Source of the DNA: Methyloprofundus sp.
GTDB taxonomy: Bacteria; Pseudomonadota; Gammaproteobacteria; Methylococcales; Methylomonadaceae
Assembly: GCA_963682125.1 (NCBI GenBank)
Contig: OY821640.1
Location: 1,833,669-1,897,668 of the forward strand
Direction of reading: 5' to 3'
Length of the DNA: 64,000 bases
Below the pieces are notes generated by a model. It was not told the DNA's origin and made no database searches. It saw only the letters and a program-made list of their open reading frames with translations. A program made the position numbers and the translations under genes. Below, piece by piece: positions 42,575 to 52,507 of the stretch. Numbering within the stretch: the first letter of the stretch is position 1; each line of letters starts with the position of its first letter.

Positions 42575-42826
42575 ATGATAAAAATTCTTATTATCCTAGT
42601 CTTCATCACTATCATCATCAGTCTTGGGATGGCTTTATTTCAACTGATTAAAAATAAAAATTCTTCAAAAAAAACAGTTAATGCCTTAACTTACCGCATA
42701 GCCATTTCTCTCACTCTTTTTATACTGTTAAGTATAGCTTTTATGTCAGGTGTCATTAAACCAACAGGTATTGGTATGCAAATGCATTTACAACAACAAG
42801 CAGAAGCACAAAACAAGACTCAATGA
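42575..42826 (+). CDS. Twin transmembrane helix small protein (DUF2909-like)
   Basis: Two TM helices with SLG.AL..L...TV.ALT.RI..S; divergent from SURF1. Confidence 0.8.
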   Translation: MIKILIILVFITIIISLGMALFQLIKNKNSSKKTVNALTYRIAISLTLFILLSIAFMSGVIKPTGIGMQMHLQQQAEAQNKTQ

Positions 42827-42881
42827 GTCACTCATAAAAAGCCGTAGAAACTAACTCCCAAGGAATGGAATCATGTGGAAC

Positions 42882-43017
42882 TAAGTAAGTACCAAAAATT
42901 AATTTAACATTTTGTAGAATGGATAGAATGAAGTACCTGTTTTTTAGGTACGTAGTGAAACCCATCAATCTTACCAAGAATGATGGGTTTCGCAAAAAAA
43001 CGCTCTACCCATCCTAC
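42882..43017 (-). repeat. REP-doublet MITE (family B), partial reverse copy
   Basis: Reverse complement of 63661-63845 including CGCTCTACCCATCCTAC. Confidence 0.75.
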
Positions 43018-43042
43018 AGAAATTCTGTAATATCAAAGCTAT

Positions 43043-43819
43043 TTAACCTCCTTTTAACTCCATAAATCCATGCAATCCTCGCTTAGACTTCACTGCTAAC
43101 CATTCTTTTAAATAGCTAATTTCTGGGGTATTTTCTAAGTGCTCAATACTTTCATTTTTTCTTAATAATCTAAATGCCGTATTAATCACTTTATATCGAT
43201 CTCCCTTAATACCCGCACGCTTTAGACCAATGGTATTTAAACGATAATGCTTTGCTGGATAACCTGCGATTAAGCAGAAAGGCATCACATCTTTATTTAG
43301 GCCTGTTGTGCCTTGAACGATAGCATAAGAACCAATACGGCAAAACTGATGCGCGACAACACTACCACCCATAAAGACACGATCATCAATTTCGACAAAA
43401 CCACCAATAGCAACATTGTTAGCAAAGATTGTATGGTTACCAATAATACAATCATGTGCGACATGGCTGTTATTCATAAAAAAACAATTTGAGCCGATAC
43501 GAGTGACCGCATTTTCAAGCGAGCCTCGATGCGCAGTAAAGCCTTCTCTAAAGGTATTGTCATCACCAATTTCTAAATAAGAAACCGTACTTTCATCAAA
43601 GCTAGTATCTTGTGGTAAATCCCCCAAAACAACGTGTGCATGCAGAGTATTTCTATCACCCATTTTAGTATAGGGGCGAATCACCACATGCGCACCTAAC
43701 TTGCAATTATCGCCAATACTTACATTATCTTCAATCACTGCAAACGCACCTATCACGACATTTTCGCCAATAACCGCAGTTTCTGAAATATAAGCGCTAG
43801 GGTGAATACTTTGATTCAT
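43043..43819 (-). CDS. lpxA: Acyl-ACP--UDP-N-acetylglucosamine O-acyltransferase
   Basis: Hexapeptide repeats, PQD, N.FRE..T.HRG, SHVAHDC (catalytic His region). Confidence 0.85.
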   Translation of the reverse strand: MNQSIHPSAYISETAVIGENVVIGAFAVIEDNVSIGDNCKLGAHVVIRPYTKMGDRNTLHAHVVLGDLPQDTSFDESTVSYLEIGDDNTFREGFTAHRGSLENAVTRIGSNCFFMNNSHVAHDCIIGNHTIFANNVAIGGFVEIDDRVFMGGSVVAHQFCRIGSYAIVQGTTGLNKDVMPFCLIAGYPAKHYRLNTIGLKRAGIKGDRYKVINTAFRLLRKNESIEHLENTPEISYLKEWLAVKSKRGLHGFMELKGG

Positions 43820-43825
43820 TGAGTG

Positions 43826-44710
43826 TTATCCTCGTGGATGAAATTTTGAATGAAGTTCTTTTAATCGCTCATTGGCGATATGAGTATAAATTTGTGTGGT
43901 TGATAAATCACTATGCCCTAATAAAAGCTGTACAACTCGCAAATCAGCACCATGATTAATTAAGTGTGTTGCAAAAGCATGACGCAGTGTATGCGGTGAT
44001 AAGTGCGCATTGATTTCAGCTTTTTTAGCGTAACGCTTGATGATATGCCAAAACGCTTGGCGTGTCATGCCTGCGGCTCGATTCGTCACAAAAACCATCT
44101 CACATGGCCGTTCTGATAACAGTGCTCGACGGCTACCTTGCAAGTAGGCTTCTAAATAAAAAATAGCCTCTTCGCCAATAGGCGTTAAACGCTCTTTATT
44201 GCCTTTGCCGGTTACACGCAATACACCCATTCTTAAGTTAACTTGGCTAAGTGTTAAATTAACCAATTCAGAAACGCGCAATCCTGTTGCATAGAGCATT
44301 TCTAACATGGCCTTATCGCGCGCGCCTAAAACGGATGTTATTTCAGGCGCATTGAGCAGTAAATCGACATCTTTTTCAGATAGCGTATGCGGTAAGGGCT
44401 TACCTATTTTAGGCGGCTCAATTAATGCGGTTGGGTCAATTTTTATCTGCTTTTCACGAATTAAATAGGCATAAAAACGGCGTAAACTTGATAAAATTCT
44501 TGCTGATGAACGTGCGCTAATACCTTCATCATAACGCTGACTTAAAAAGTTGCTAATATCTAATTTTTCAACGTCGACTAGCTCCTTTTTCCCTAAACTT
44601 TTTTTAAATATGCGTAAATCACTCGCATAAGCGTTTAAGGTATTTTTGCTCAGTCCATTTTCTACCCATAGGGCATCAATAAATAAATCAAGCAATTCAC
44701 TAGAAGTCAT
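43826..44710 (-). CDS. xerD: Tyrosine recombinase XerD
   Basis: ENGLSKNTL.AY.SDL, LYATGLRVSEL, GKG.KER, SPHTLRHAFATHL..HGADLRVVQ.LLGH.DLSTTQIY. Confidence 0.95.
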   Translation of the reverse strand: MTSSELLDLFIDALWVENGLSKNTLNAYASDLRIFKKSLGKKELVDVEKLDISNFLSQRYDEGISARSSARILSSLRRFYAYLIREKQIKIDPTALIEPPKIGKPLPHTLSEKDVDLLLNAPEITSVLGARDKAMLEMLYATGLRVSELVNLTLSQVNLRMGVLRVTGKGNKERLTPIGEEAIFYLEAYLQGSRRALLSERPCEMVFVTNRAAGMTRQAFWHIIKRYAKKAEINAHLSPHTLRHAFATHLINHGADLRVVQLLLGHSDLSTTQIYTHIANERLKELHSKFHPRG

Positions 44711-44720
44711 TTATATAAAT

Positions 44721-46211
44721 TTACAATGCAGCTAAAGTGGCTTCTAATTTATCACAGTATGTTTTCAGCACTTTAATACGCGCATACCGTTTATCATTGG
44801 CTTCCACCAATGTCCATTTTGCTGCCTGCGTACTGGTGCGCGCCACCATATCATTAACAGCTAAAGAATAATCCTCCCAGCGGTTACGATTTCTATAGTC
44901 TTCTTCGGTGATCTTATGTTGCTTATAACTAATCTGCTCGCGCTCTTTAAAGCGTTTTAATTGCTCGTCAGGATCTATATGCAGCCAAAATTTAAGCAGC
45001 ACAATACCATGCTCAGTTAAAGCCTCTTCAAAATGGGTGATTTCAGAATAAGCCCGCATCCATTCATCTTGCGAGGCAAACCCTTCGACTCGCTCGACTA
45101 AAGTACGGCCATACCAACTACGATCATAAATCGTTACCCTGCCTGCACGCGGCATGTGTCGCCAAAAACGCCATAAATAATGTTGTTTACGCTCTTCATC
45201 TGTCGGCGCGGCTACCGAAATAACCTCATAATTTCGGGCATCTAAAGCATGTGTTAAACGGCGAATAGCACCACCTTTACCACCAGCATCCCAGCCTTCA
45301 AAAACCAAAACACTAGATATTTTTTTAGCCTGCGCTAATCGCACCAATTTATTTAACTTACCTTGATAGTAATTCAGCTGTTCGTTATAGGTTTTTTTAT
45401 TTAACTGTAAACCTAAATCCAGCGCATTTAATACATTTAACTGATGACCACCCGCGTCAGGTAAAGTAAAGCGCTGCTGCTTGTTCGCTTGCTCTTGCTG
45501 CCGGCGCTCTAAATGCAGTTGTAATTGATCACGGAGTTGCTGCCCTACCATTAAACTACTATAACGATAATCACCACCCTCTATAATCAACCATGGGGTT
45601 TGTGCGCTACTACTGACTTTTAAGACCTTTTCTGCCACAGCGACAAAGCTATCGTACTTTTTTAAATGTTTTTTATCTCGATCAGTGACTTGCCATGCGG
45701 TATCTGGATTATCTTCTAGCTGCTTTAAGCGTTTTTTCTGCTGATCTTTTTTAAGGTGTAACCAGCATTTAATAATTAAAGTGCCATCATCTGCCAGTTC
45801 TTTCTCTAACTGATTAATATGGTTTAACTGCTTCTGTAATTGTGCATCATCAGTTTTGTTAAAGACTCGCTGTGCAATCGGCTCGCTATACCAAGAACCC
45901 ACATAAATACCAATAGTCCCTTTGGGTGGCATTGTACGCCAAAAACGCCAAAATTCAGGACGATCTCGCTCTTCATCAGTGGGTGAGTCATAAGCATTTG
46001 TACGCATAAATCGCGGGTCTAACCATTCATTTAGACAGCTAATCACGTCCCCCTTACCACCACCGTCCACACCTGAAATCAATACAATTACCGAGCAATC
46101 CTCAATTGATAATTGCCGCTGTAAATCCAGTAGCTGCGTACGTAATTTAGGTACTTTTTCTAAATATTCAGCTTTACTAACTTTATGACCTAATTCGGCA
46201 ACTTCAAACAT
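44721..46211 (-). CDS. pap: Polyphosphate:AMP phosphotransferase (two-domain PPK2)
   Basis: Two PPK2 domains (GVDGGGKG; FEGWDAGGKGGAIRR, DRSWYGR.LVERVEG). Confidence 0.9.
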   Translation of the reverse strand: MFEVAELGHKVSKAEYLEKVPKLRTQLLDLQRQLSIEDCSVIVLISGVDGGGKGDVISCLNEWLDPRFMRTNAYDSPTDEERDRPEFWRFWRTMPPKGTIGIYVGSWYSEPIAQRVFNKTDDAQLQKQLNHINQLEKELADDGTLIIKCWLHLKKDQQKKRLKQLEDNPDTAWQVTDRDKKHLKKYDSFVAVAEKVLKVSSSAQTPWLIIEGGDYRYSSLMVGQQLRDQLQLHLERRQQEQANKQQRFTLPDAGGHQLNVLNALDLGLQLNKKTYNEQLNYYQGKLNKLVRLAQAKKISSVLVFEGWDAGGKGGAIRRLTHALDARNYEVISVAAPTDEERKQHYLWRFWRHMPRAGRVTIYDRSWYGRTLVERVEGFASQDEWMRAYSEITHFEEALTEHGIVLLKFWLHIDPDEQLKRFKEREQISYKQHKITEEDYRNRNRWEDYSLAVNDMVARTSTQAAKWTLVEANDKRYARIKVLKTYCDKLEATLAAL

Positions 46212-46302
46212 AATGGCTTCTTAATATTGCGAGGATTTTTGCTACCATACCATGAGACCCCTTATAATGATGAGATTAAAAATGGATATCTAAGGAAACG
46301 TT

Positions 46303-46731
46303 TTGGAAAATTTCACTCCTATTTCTGCCTTGTTAGGTGGTGCTTTAATTGGATTAAGTGCCAGTTTATTGCTTTTATTAAATGGTCGCATGGCAGGTAT
46401 CAGCGGCATTATGAATGGTTTATTTAACGCACCCAAAAAAGAAGAAATATGGCGCGGTTTATTTTTGCTAGGGCTGATTGCCGGAGCTGCAAGCTTTCAA
46501 TTTTTAAGTGATGGCAGTTTACCTTTACGTGAAAACTACCCCGTCTGGGCTATTATTATCGGCGGATTTTTAGTCGGTTTTGGTACGCACATGGGTAGTG
46601 GCTGTACTAGCGGCCATGGCATTTGTGGTATTTCTAATTTTTCAATACGCTCAATCACAGCAACAATTACTTTTATGGCTAGCGGCATGATCACGGTTTT
46701 TATCTTCAAACATTTATTAGGAGCTTTGTAA
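46303..46731 (+). CDS. YeeE/YedE family sulfur-compound transporter subunit
   Basis: GG.LIG...NGR.AGISG, LVGFGT.MGSGCTSGHGICG. Confidence 0.85.
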   Translation: MENFTPISALLGGALIGLSASLLLLLNGRMAGISGIMNGLFNAPKKEEIWRGLFLLGLIAGAASFQFLSDGSLPLRENYPVWAIIIGGFLVGFGTHMGSGCTSGHGICGISNFSIRSITATITFMASGMITVFIFKHLLGAL

Positions 46732-47144
46732 TGAAAACCAATTTAGTTGCATTGCTAGCAGGTATTATTTTTGGTTTAGGGCTTGCTGTCTCACAAATGG
46801 TGAACCCTAATAAAGTGTTAAATTTTCTTGATATTACCGGAAATTGGGACCCTAGTTTAGCTTTTGTTATGATGGGGGCTTTAGGTGTTGGCATACTTAG
46901 CTTTCGCTTAATATTAAAACGCCCCACTCCATTTTTTGATGATGCATTCCACGTATCACATAAAATAACGATAGATAAACCTTTAGTGATTGGCTCAGCT
47001 GTTTTTGGTATCGGCTGGGGAATGACTGGGTACTGCCCAGGGCCTGCGGTTGCAAGCTTAGGTTTATTTTCTGTTGAAGCCGTCATTATGGTGATATCAA
47101 TCTACGTGGGATTTTTCAGCCACCGATTTTTAATTAAAAAATAA
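46731..47144 (+). CDS. YeeE/YedE family partner subunit
   Basis: G.IFG.GL..S.M.NP.KV..FLD..G.WDPSL, FGIGWG..GYCPGP. Confidence 0.85.
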   Translation: MKTNLVALLAGIIFGLGLAVSQMVNPNKVLNFLDITGNWDPSLAFVMMGALGVGILSFRLILKRPTPFFDDAFHVSHKITIDKPLVIGSAVFGIGWGMTGYCPGPAVASLGLFSVEAVIMVISIYVGFFSHRFLIKK

Positions 47145-47945
47145 ATGGATTTATTAGCGTTTGACTTAATGCATATTGCTGCAGGCAGTTTAGTCGGTTT
47201 TATTATCGGCTTAACAGGTGTCGGCGGCGGCTCTTTAATGACCCCTATTTTGGTACTCGGCTTTGGTATATCACCCGCTATTGCGGTAGGAACAGATTTA
47301 CTTTATGCCGCAATGACTAAAGCTAGCGGTGTATTTTTTCATCACCGTAATAAAACCGTTGATTGGAAAATTGTTGGCTTATTAGCATTAGGCAGTGTGC
47401 CCAGCGCATTAATTACCGTTTCTCTTTTAGAGTATTTAAAAGCAGCGGGGCTAAATTCTGACCGATTAATGATGCTAACTTTAAGTGTCATGTTGGTTTT
47501 AACGTCATTTATTATTTTGATAAAAGGTCGTTTAGTTTCTTATGTTAGTCATAATCACAGCGACTCGGCTTTTGTGGCCGCACTTAAACGTTACCGTCCC
47601 CACCTGACTGTTTTTTCAGGCGCGGCCTTAGGTATTTTAGTCACCATCTCCTCAGTAGGCGCAGGAGCAATAGGTTCCGCTATTTTATTTTTGCTTTACC
47701 CTAGAAAAAAACCCATTCAAATTGTTGGAACTGATATTGCTCATGCCGTGCCACTAACTGCTATTGCAGGCATGGGACACTTGCATTTAGGATCGGTTGA
47801 TTTTGACTTATTAACGGGTTTATTAATCGGTGGAATTCCTGCTATTTATTTTGGCAGCTTATTTGGCCGATATATTCCAGACCGATATTTAAAATCATTT
47901 ATTGCACTTTTACTATTTGCAATGGGCGTTAAACTGGCTCTTTAA
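47145..47945 (+). CDS. TauE/SafE family sulfite exporter
   Basis: GLTGVGGGSLMTP, AVGTDL, VGTDIAHAVPL. Confidence 0.9.
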   Translation: MDLLAFDLMHIAAGSLVGFIIGLTGVGGGSLMTPILVLGFGISPAIAVGTDLLYAAMTKASGVFFHHRNKTVDWKIVGLLALGSVPSALITVSLLEYLKAAGLNSDRLMMLTLSVMLVLTSFIILIKGRLVSYVSHNHSDSAFVAALKRYRPHLTVFSGAALGILVTISSVGAGAIGSAILFLLYPRKKPIQIVGTDIAHAVPLTAIAGMGHLHLGSVDFDLLTGLLIGGIPAIYFGSLFGRYIPDRYLKSFIALLLFAMGVKLAL

Positions 47946-48043
47946 GGTTTTTTTTTAGAAGATAGGCAGAATAAAGCATTTCTTTCTGATAAAATAACAG
48001 GCTGAACTAATTTTCTTATCAAAAAAATAAGTAGGTATTTAAA

Positions 48044-48367
48044 ATGACCTTTGTCGTTACTGAAAACTGCATTAAATGTAAATTCACTGATTGTGTCGAT
48101 GTTTGTCCTGTTGACTGTTTTCATGTAGGTCCTAACTTTTTAGTTATTGATCCTGATGAGTGTATTGATTGCACATTATGTGAGCCTGAATGCCCTGCTG
48201 AAGCAATTTTCTCTGAAGATGAACTACCTGAAGGTCAAGAACAGTTCATTGAACTTAATGCAGAGCTTGCTAAATCATGGCCTGTTATTTCTGAAGTTAT
48301 TGAGCCATTAGACGATGCAAAAGAATGGGATGGTAAGCCAGGTAAACTTGCTTTATTAGAAAAATAA
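48044..48367 (+). CDS. fdxA: 7Fe ferredoxin
   Basis: [30 protein letters not shown]. Confidence 0.92.
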   Translation: MTFVVTENCIKCKFTDCVDVCPVDCFHVGPNFLVIDPDECIDCTLCEPECPAEAIFSEDELPEGQEQFIELNAELAKSWPVISEVIEPLDDAKEWDGKPGKLALLEK

Positions 48368-48389
48368 GTTTTTCATTTTTCTAAACAAT

Positions 48390-48429
48390 AAAAAGCCCGA
48401 ATAAACATAGCTGTTTATTCGGGCTTTTT
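48390..48429. terminator. Bidirectional intrinsic terminator
   Basis: AAAAAGCCCGAATAAAC-ATAGCT-GTTTATTCGGGCTTTTT perfect stem. Confidence 0.85.
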
Positions 48430-48535
48430 GTTTAAGGAACGTGCACGTTCCTAAGCAAGCAAGGGCTAGAACGAGTAAAGAACTTCATCCCAGCCTCATT
48501 AATCTGGATCATAGGTAGCGCACGTCATACTACTA

Positions 48536-50051
48536 TCATTCACCATAATGTGTTTTTGAACGTACAATAATCACAATACTGATGTGGATACACTATTTAG
48601 GACACAAAAACTAAGATTTACCCCCTCAATATAGAGTACCCAAAATGACTAAGAAAAAGCTAAATACTTACACGCTCGAATTTAAAGAATCTGCTATTAA
48701 ATTAGCCTGAGATTCTGATGAATCTATCCCTCAAATCGCTAAAAATTTGGGCGTTAATTCCAACACTCTTTATACTTGGGTTCATAACGCTTCAAAATCC
48801 AAGGGTAATACTAACGTGGCTAGCAACGAGTCGAATGAAAATGAAATAAAACGATTGAAAAAACAAGTCCTTAGATTGACCCAGGAGCGCGATATTTTAA
48901 AAAAGGCCGCGGCGTACTTTGCGCAGGAAATCGTGTGAAGTACGCCTGGGTTGCTCAACATAGTGCTGATTTTTCTGTGCATTTAATGTGTCAAAGCCTG
49001 AATATTTGTCGTAGTGCTTTTTATGCGTGGAAAAAAGCCCCCTTGTCCGCTAAAGCTGAGGAAGATAAAACCTTAACAGAAGTGATTAAAACAAGTTTTA
49101 ACGAAGGCCGTGAATGCTATGGTACGCGTCGCATACAGCAAGATTTAATCGATCAAGAACTCACGGTGAGTCGCCGCCGTATTGGCCGGTTAATGAAGAC
49201 AGAAGGAATGCAGGTTAAAACAAAGCGAAAGTTTAAAGCAACCCCTTATTCTGATCATGACGATCCTATTGCCCCTAACCTACTCAATCGAGCATTGACA
49301 GTCGATAAACCGGATACTTGCTACGTGGGTGATATTACTTATATTGCGACAAGAGAGGGCTGGTTGTACCTTGCTACCGTCATCGATTTATATTCACGTC
49401 GCGTGGTGGGCTGGTCAATGGCAGACAATATGAGAACGTCACTGGTAAACGATGCATTATCTATGGCGCTTAACCAAAGAAAACCAGCGAATGACTGGCT
49501 CTGGCACAGCGATAGAGGCAGCCAATATGCCTCAGAAAGCCACCGTGCGCTACTCACAGCTAATGGCATCACACAAAGCATGAGTCGCAAAGGAAATTGT
49601 TGGGATAATGCCGTTGCTGAAAGTTTCTTCCATAGCCTCAAGACAGAGCTGGTGCATCATTGTGACTTTGCAACCCGCGCAGAAGCAAAGCAAGAAATCT
49701 TTGAATATATCGAGGTTTTTTATAACCGTAAACGACGTCATTCAGCGAATGATTACAAGTCACCTGCTGATTACGAAATGTCGCTAAAAGCAGCTTAATT
49801 TTGTGTCCATAAAAGTGTTGACACATCATACACCTATCTTTTTCTATTTTATAGAGCACTCTGTCTTGATAAGACAGTCTTACCGAATAATACCCCTTCA
49901 GACTTCCCACTAAGGGCTTGCCACTTTCTGGTTTAAGGGCAATTTTATACCTTAAAATATCTTTTAACTTCGCTTTCAACTTTGGAGATAGGCTTTGAAT
50001 ATCCTTTTTAGCTTTCTTGGTAAATTGCAATTGGTAAACTGAGCATGTCAT
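48536..50051 (-). pseudogene. RelE/YoeB-family toxin disrupted by IS3
   Basis: Removing the IS and one TAC copy restores an 87-aa ORF ending ..YKIEKDRCIVIIVRSKTHYGE*. Confidence 0.85.
48580..49828 (+). mobile_element. IS3-family insertion sequence
   Basis: TG..CA termini with imperfect ~30-bp TIR; 3-bp TSD TAC; orfA 48645-48938 with premature TGA at 48708; A6G slippery site 48899-48905; orfB 48935-49798 (GDITY, HSDRGSQY, CWDNAVAESFF). Confidence 0.95.
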
Positions 50052-50314
50052 TACTGCTCTTCACCAAAAACATCTTCAAAGCTCACTAAATCTCTTTGTA
50101 CAATCTCTTTTTCTGCCTCTGAAAAATCTTCTTTAAACTGGGGTTGAGATAATAAATACAAGGTTTCCTGTAAACTTTCATACTCATCTGCAGACATTAA
50201 AATAGCATTTCCTGATTTATGCTGTACTTCAAAAATTTCATGTGTTTGATTACTTTGCTTAATCAGATCAAAAAAAGACTTTCTCGCCTCTGTTGCTGTT
50301 AAATTAATCATCAT
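50051..50314 (-). CDS. Phd/YefM-family antitoxin
   Basis: TATEARKSFFDLI..., LMSADEYESLQETLYLLS; 1-nt overlap with the toxin start. Confidence 0.9.
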   Translation of the reverse strand: MMINLTATEARKSFFDLIKQSNQTHEIFEVQHKSGNAILMSADEYESLQETLYLLSQPQFKEDFSEAEKEIVQRDLVSFEDVFGEEQ

Positions 50315-50345
50315 ATATCTCCATTCCTAATTTCACGTACCATTA

Positions 50346-50628
50346 TAGGCGCGCCATTCCTACTTCATGAAACATTGGGATGTCCTATCGCCAATCTTCA
50401 TTCAGCACGGAGCGATTTATGGGAGCCCCAGTTCGTCCTGCGTCCAACTCAACTACGCAAAAAACACTGCTTCGTTAAGTCTACCTCAAATGACTTGACG
50501 GCTGTCGGGATAACTACTTGCCTCCCGAGAGAACTGACCAGTTCACTTCGGATTGGCGAATTTCCCTGTCGCCTACTGCGGACTAAAAATCATCACTTCG
50601 CTGCGCTCCGTTTCCCTGATTTTCAGCG
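50346..50628 (+). mobile_element. 283-bp TIR-less element (family R)
   Basis: Near-identical to 20837-21119; lies 32 bp upstream of the antitoxin start. Confidence 0.9.
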
Positions 50629-50647
50629 ATAGTACCACTATTCTTTT

Positions 50648-50708
50648 AAATACTCATCCTTCAAAATCACATAATGGCTCGCTGAATATTCTAAAAACTC
50701 TTTTTCTT
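50648..50708. repeat. 61-bp direct repeat of the yrdA-like gene 3' end
   Basis: 59/61 identical to 52530-52590; encodes EKEFLEYSASHYVILKDEY and continues LKE*. Confidence 0.9.
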
Positions 50709-50734
50709 ACTCTTTTACGCATACGAGACTTTTG

Positions 50735-51043
50735 CTAAATTGCCTTAATTTGTTTTGTTGTAACCTTATGAATAATTGAAGATATTAAAGTTTGATAAGG
50801 CAAACCATTTTCAAAAGCAATCACCTTTATTTTCTCTATATCACTTTCAATTAATCTAATATTTAACGACTTCTTTCTAGTTTTTTGTACTATGGTATCT
50901 ACTGCCACTTGCTTATAAAATAGCTTTTCTCCTTCAAGCACTTTGGGTAATAGTGGCTGGTATTCCCCGTTATCAATTTCATTCTCAAGCTCTTGAAAAA
51001 AAGCTAATTCTTCAGCTGAATATATTTCAGGTTTCTTTTTCAT
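50735..51043 (-). CDS. CopG/BrnA-like antitoxin
   Basis: KSLNIRL...DIEKIK..A...GLPYQTLISSIIH ribbon-helix-helix tail. Confidence 0.8.
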   Translation of the reverse strand: MKKKPEIYSAEELAFFQELENEIDNGEYQPLLPKVLEGEKLFYKQVAVDTIVQKTRKKSLNIRLIESDIEKIKVIAFENGLPYQTLISSIIHKVTTKQIKAI

Positions 51044-51047
51044 AATT

Positions 51048-52440
51048 TTAGTCTTTAAAATAAAACTTTGTATATTTTTTGCTTGGGCAAATGGTTTTTA
51101 AAAAATAGCGTTCTTTTTCTTCTACAAATGGCACTATATAAGCATATTCATTAACATTCACCACAAAACACCTTTGCTTTTCATGCGTAGGACTGGAAAT
51201 AATATCGAGTAATTTTTCATTTTTTAACTGATGTTACGCACCCTAATGATATTTCCATTAAAATAGTAGGCTATGAAAACACCTGATATTTTTGACTTAT
51301 ACACCGATTACCTGATCACTTCATTTAGCTATACAACAGCGGCAGGCTTGTCAGGCTTAGTTGATAATGCGATCAGTCATGACCCAGTCACTCGGTTTCT
51401 TTCTCAACAAGATTTCACCTCTAAAGAGCTTGGGAAGGTGATCAAAAAAACAGTGAGAGAAATTGAAACGGGTGAGGGTGTTTTAATTTTTGATGACACC
51501 CTCCAAGAAAAGCCACATAGCAAGGAGAACGACCTCATTTGTTGGCATTATGATCATTGTGTTAATCGTTCAGTGAAAGGCATTAACTTGCTGAATGGCG
51601 TGTATTATTCAAAGGAAACAAGCTTGCCTGTTGCCTTTGAATGAGTCAAAAAGCCCACCCAATTTTGTGACATAAAAACTCAGCGTGAAAAAAGAAAAAG
51701 TGAGGTAACAAAGAATGAACAATGACGTGATATGTTAAAAGTCTGCTGTCAAAACCAGCTTAAATGGCGTTATGCCTTGGCAGATAGCTGGTTTTCTTCC
51801 TCTGAAAATATGAAATATATCCATGCAACCTTAGAAAAACAATTTATTTTTGCTTTAAAAAGCAACCGTTTGATTGCTTTAAACAAAGAAGATAAGGCAA
51901 AGGGTCGTTATACACGTATTGATTCTATTCAATGGTCAGAAAATCCTGTGCAAGGCTGGGTTAAAGGGCGGGAGTTTCCGGTCATTTTTCACCGTCAAGT
52001 CTTTACAAACAAAGATGACAGTACAGGGACTCTTTATCGGATCAGTAATGATTTAAGCGCAACGGTAGCCCCCCTTGAAACAATTTACCAAAAACGGTGG
52101 AAAGTAGAGGTCTTTCATAAAAGCATAAAATCAAATACCAGCATGGCAAAATCACCCGCAAGAACAGTGAGAACACAAAGTAACCCTATCTTCATGTCGC
52201 TTTATGCGACTGCTCGATTAGAGATTCTCAGTGCCCAGCAAGGGCTGAACAAGTTCGCTTTAAAATCGAAACTTTATATTAATGCTATTCGACAAGCTTT
52301 TGATGAATTGCAACAATTAAAGTCGGCTACTGCGTAACATCAGTTTTTAATGCAAATACGACATCTTCAAATGAAATATTCCTGCCCTCCCTTAATAGGT
52401 TATTTTTATCTTCATCCCACTGAAAAATTTTTGCTAACAT
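51048..52440 (-). pseudogene. BrnT-like toxin disrupted by IS701 copy 3
   Basis: Rejoined frame MLAKIFQWDEDKNNLLREGRNISFEDVVFALK-NEKLLDII..QRCFVVNVNEYAYIVPFVEEKERYFLKTICPSKKYTK (89 aa); not in the ORF track. Confidence 0.8.
51228..52343 (+). mobile_element. IS701-family IS, copy 3
   Basis: ORFs 51273-51644 and 51732-52337; flanking direct repeat TTTTTAA. Confidence 0.9.
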
Positions 52441-52507
52441 ACCGCACTCAAAAATAAAATATCGTATCTACATAGTAGCCCATTATTTAATAAATACAAG
52501 TTTACAA

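Noticed and set aside
43826-44710. Tyrosine recombinase as a prophage, island or integron integrase
   Set aside because: Motifs and housekeeping context fit chromosomal XerD; no attI/attC or phage genes nearby.
50335-50640. GTACCA and AGAGC on both sides of family-R copies as target duplications
   Set aside because: They are offset from the element ends, and the rebuilt ftsE and IS4 sites rejoin in frame without duplication.
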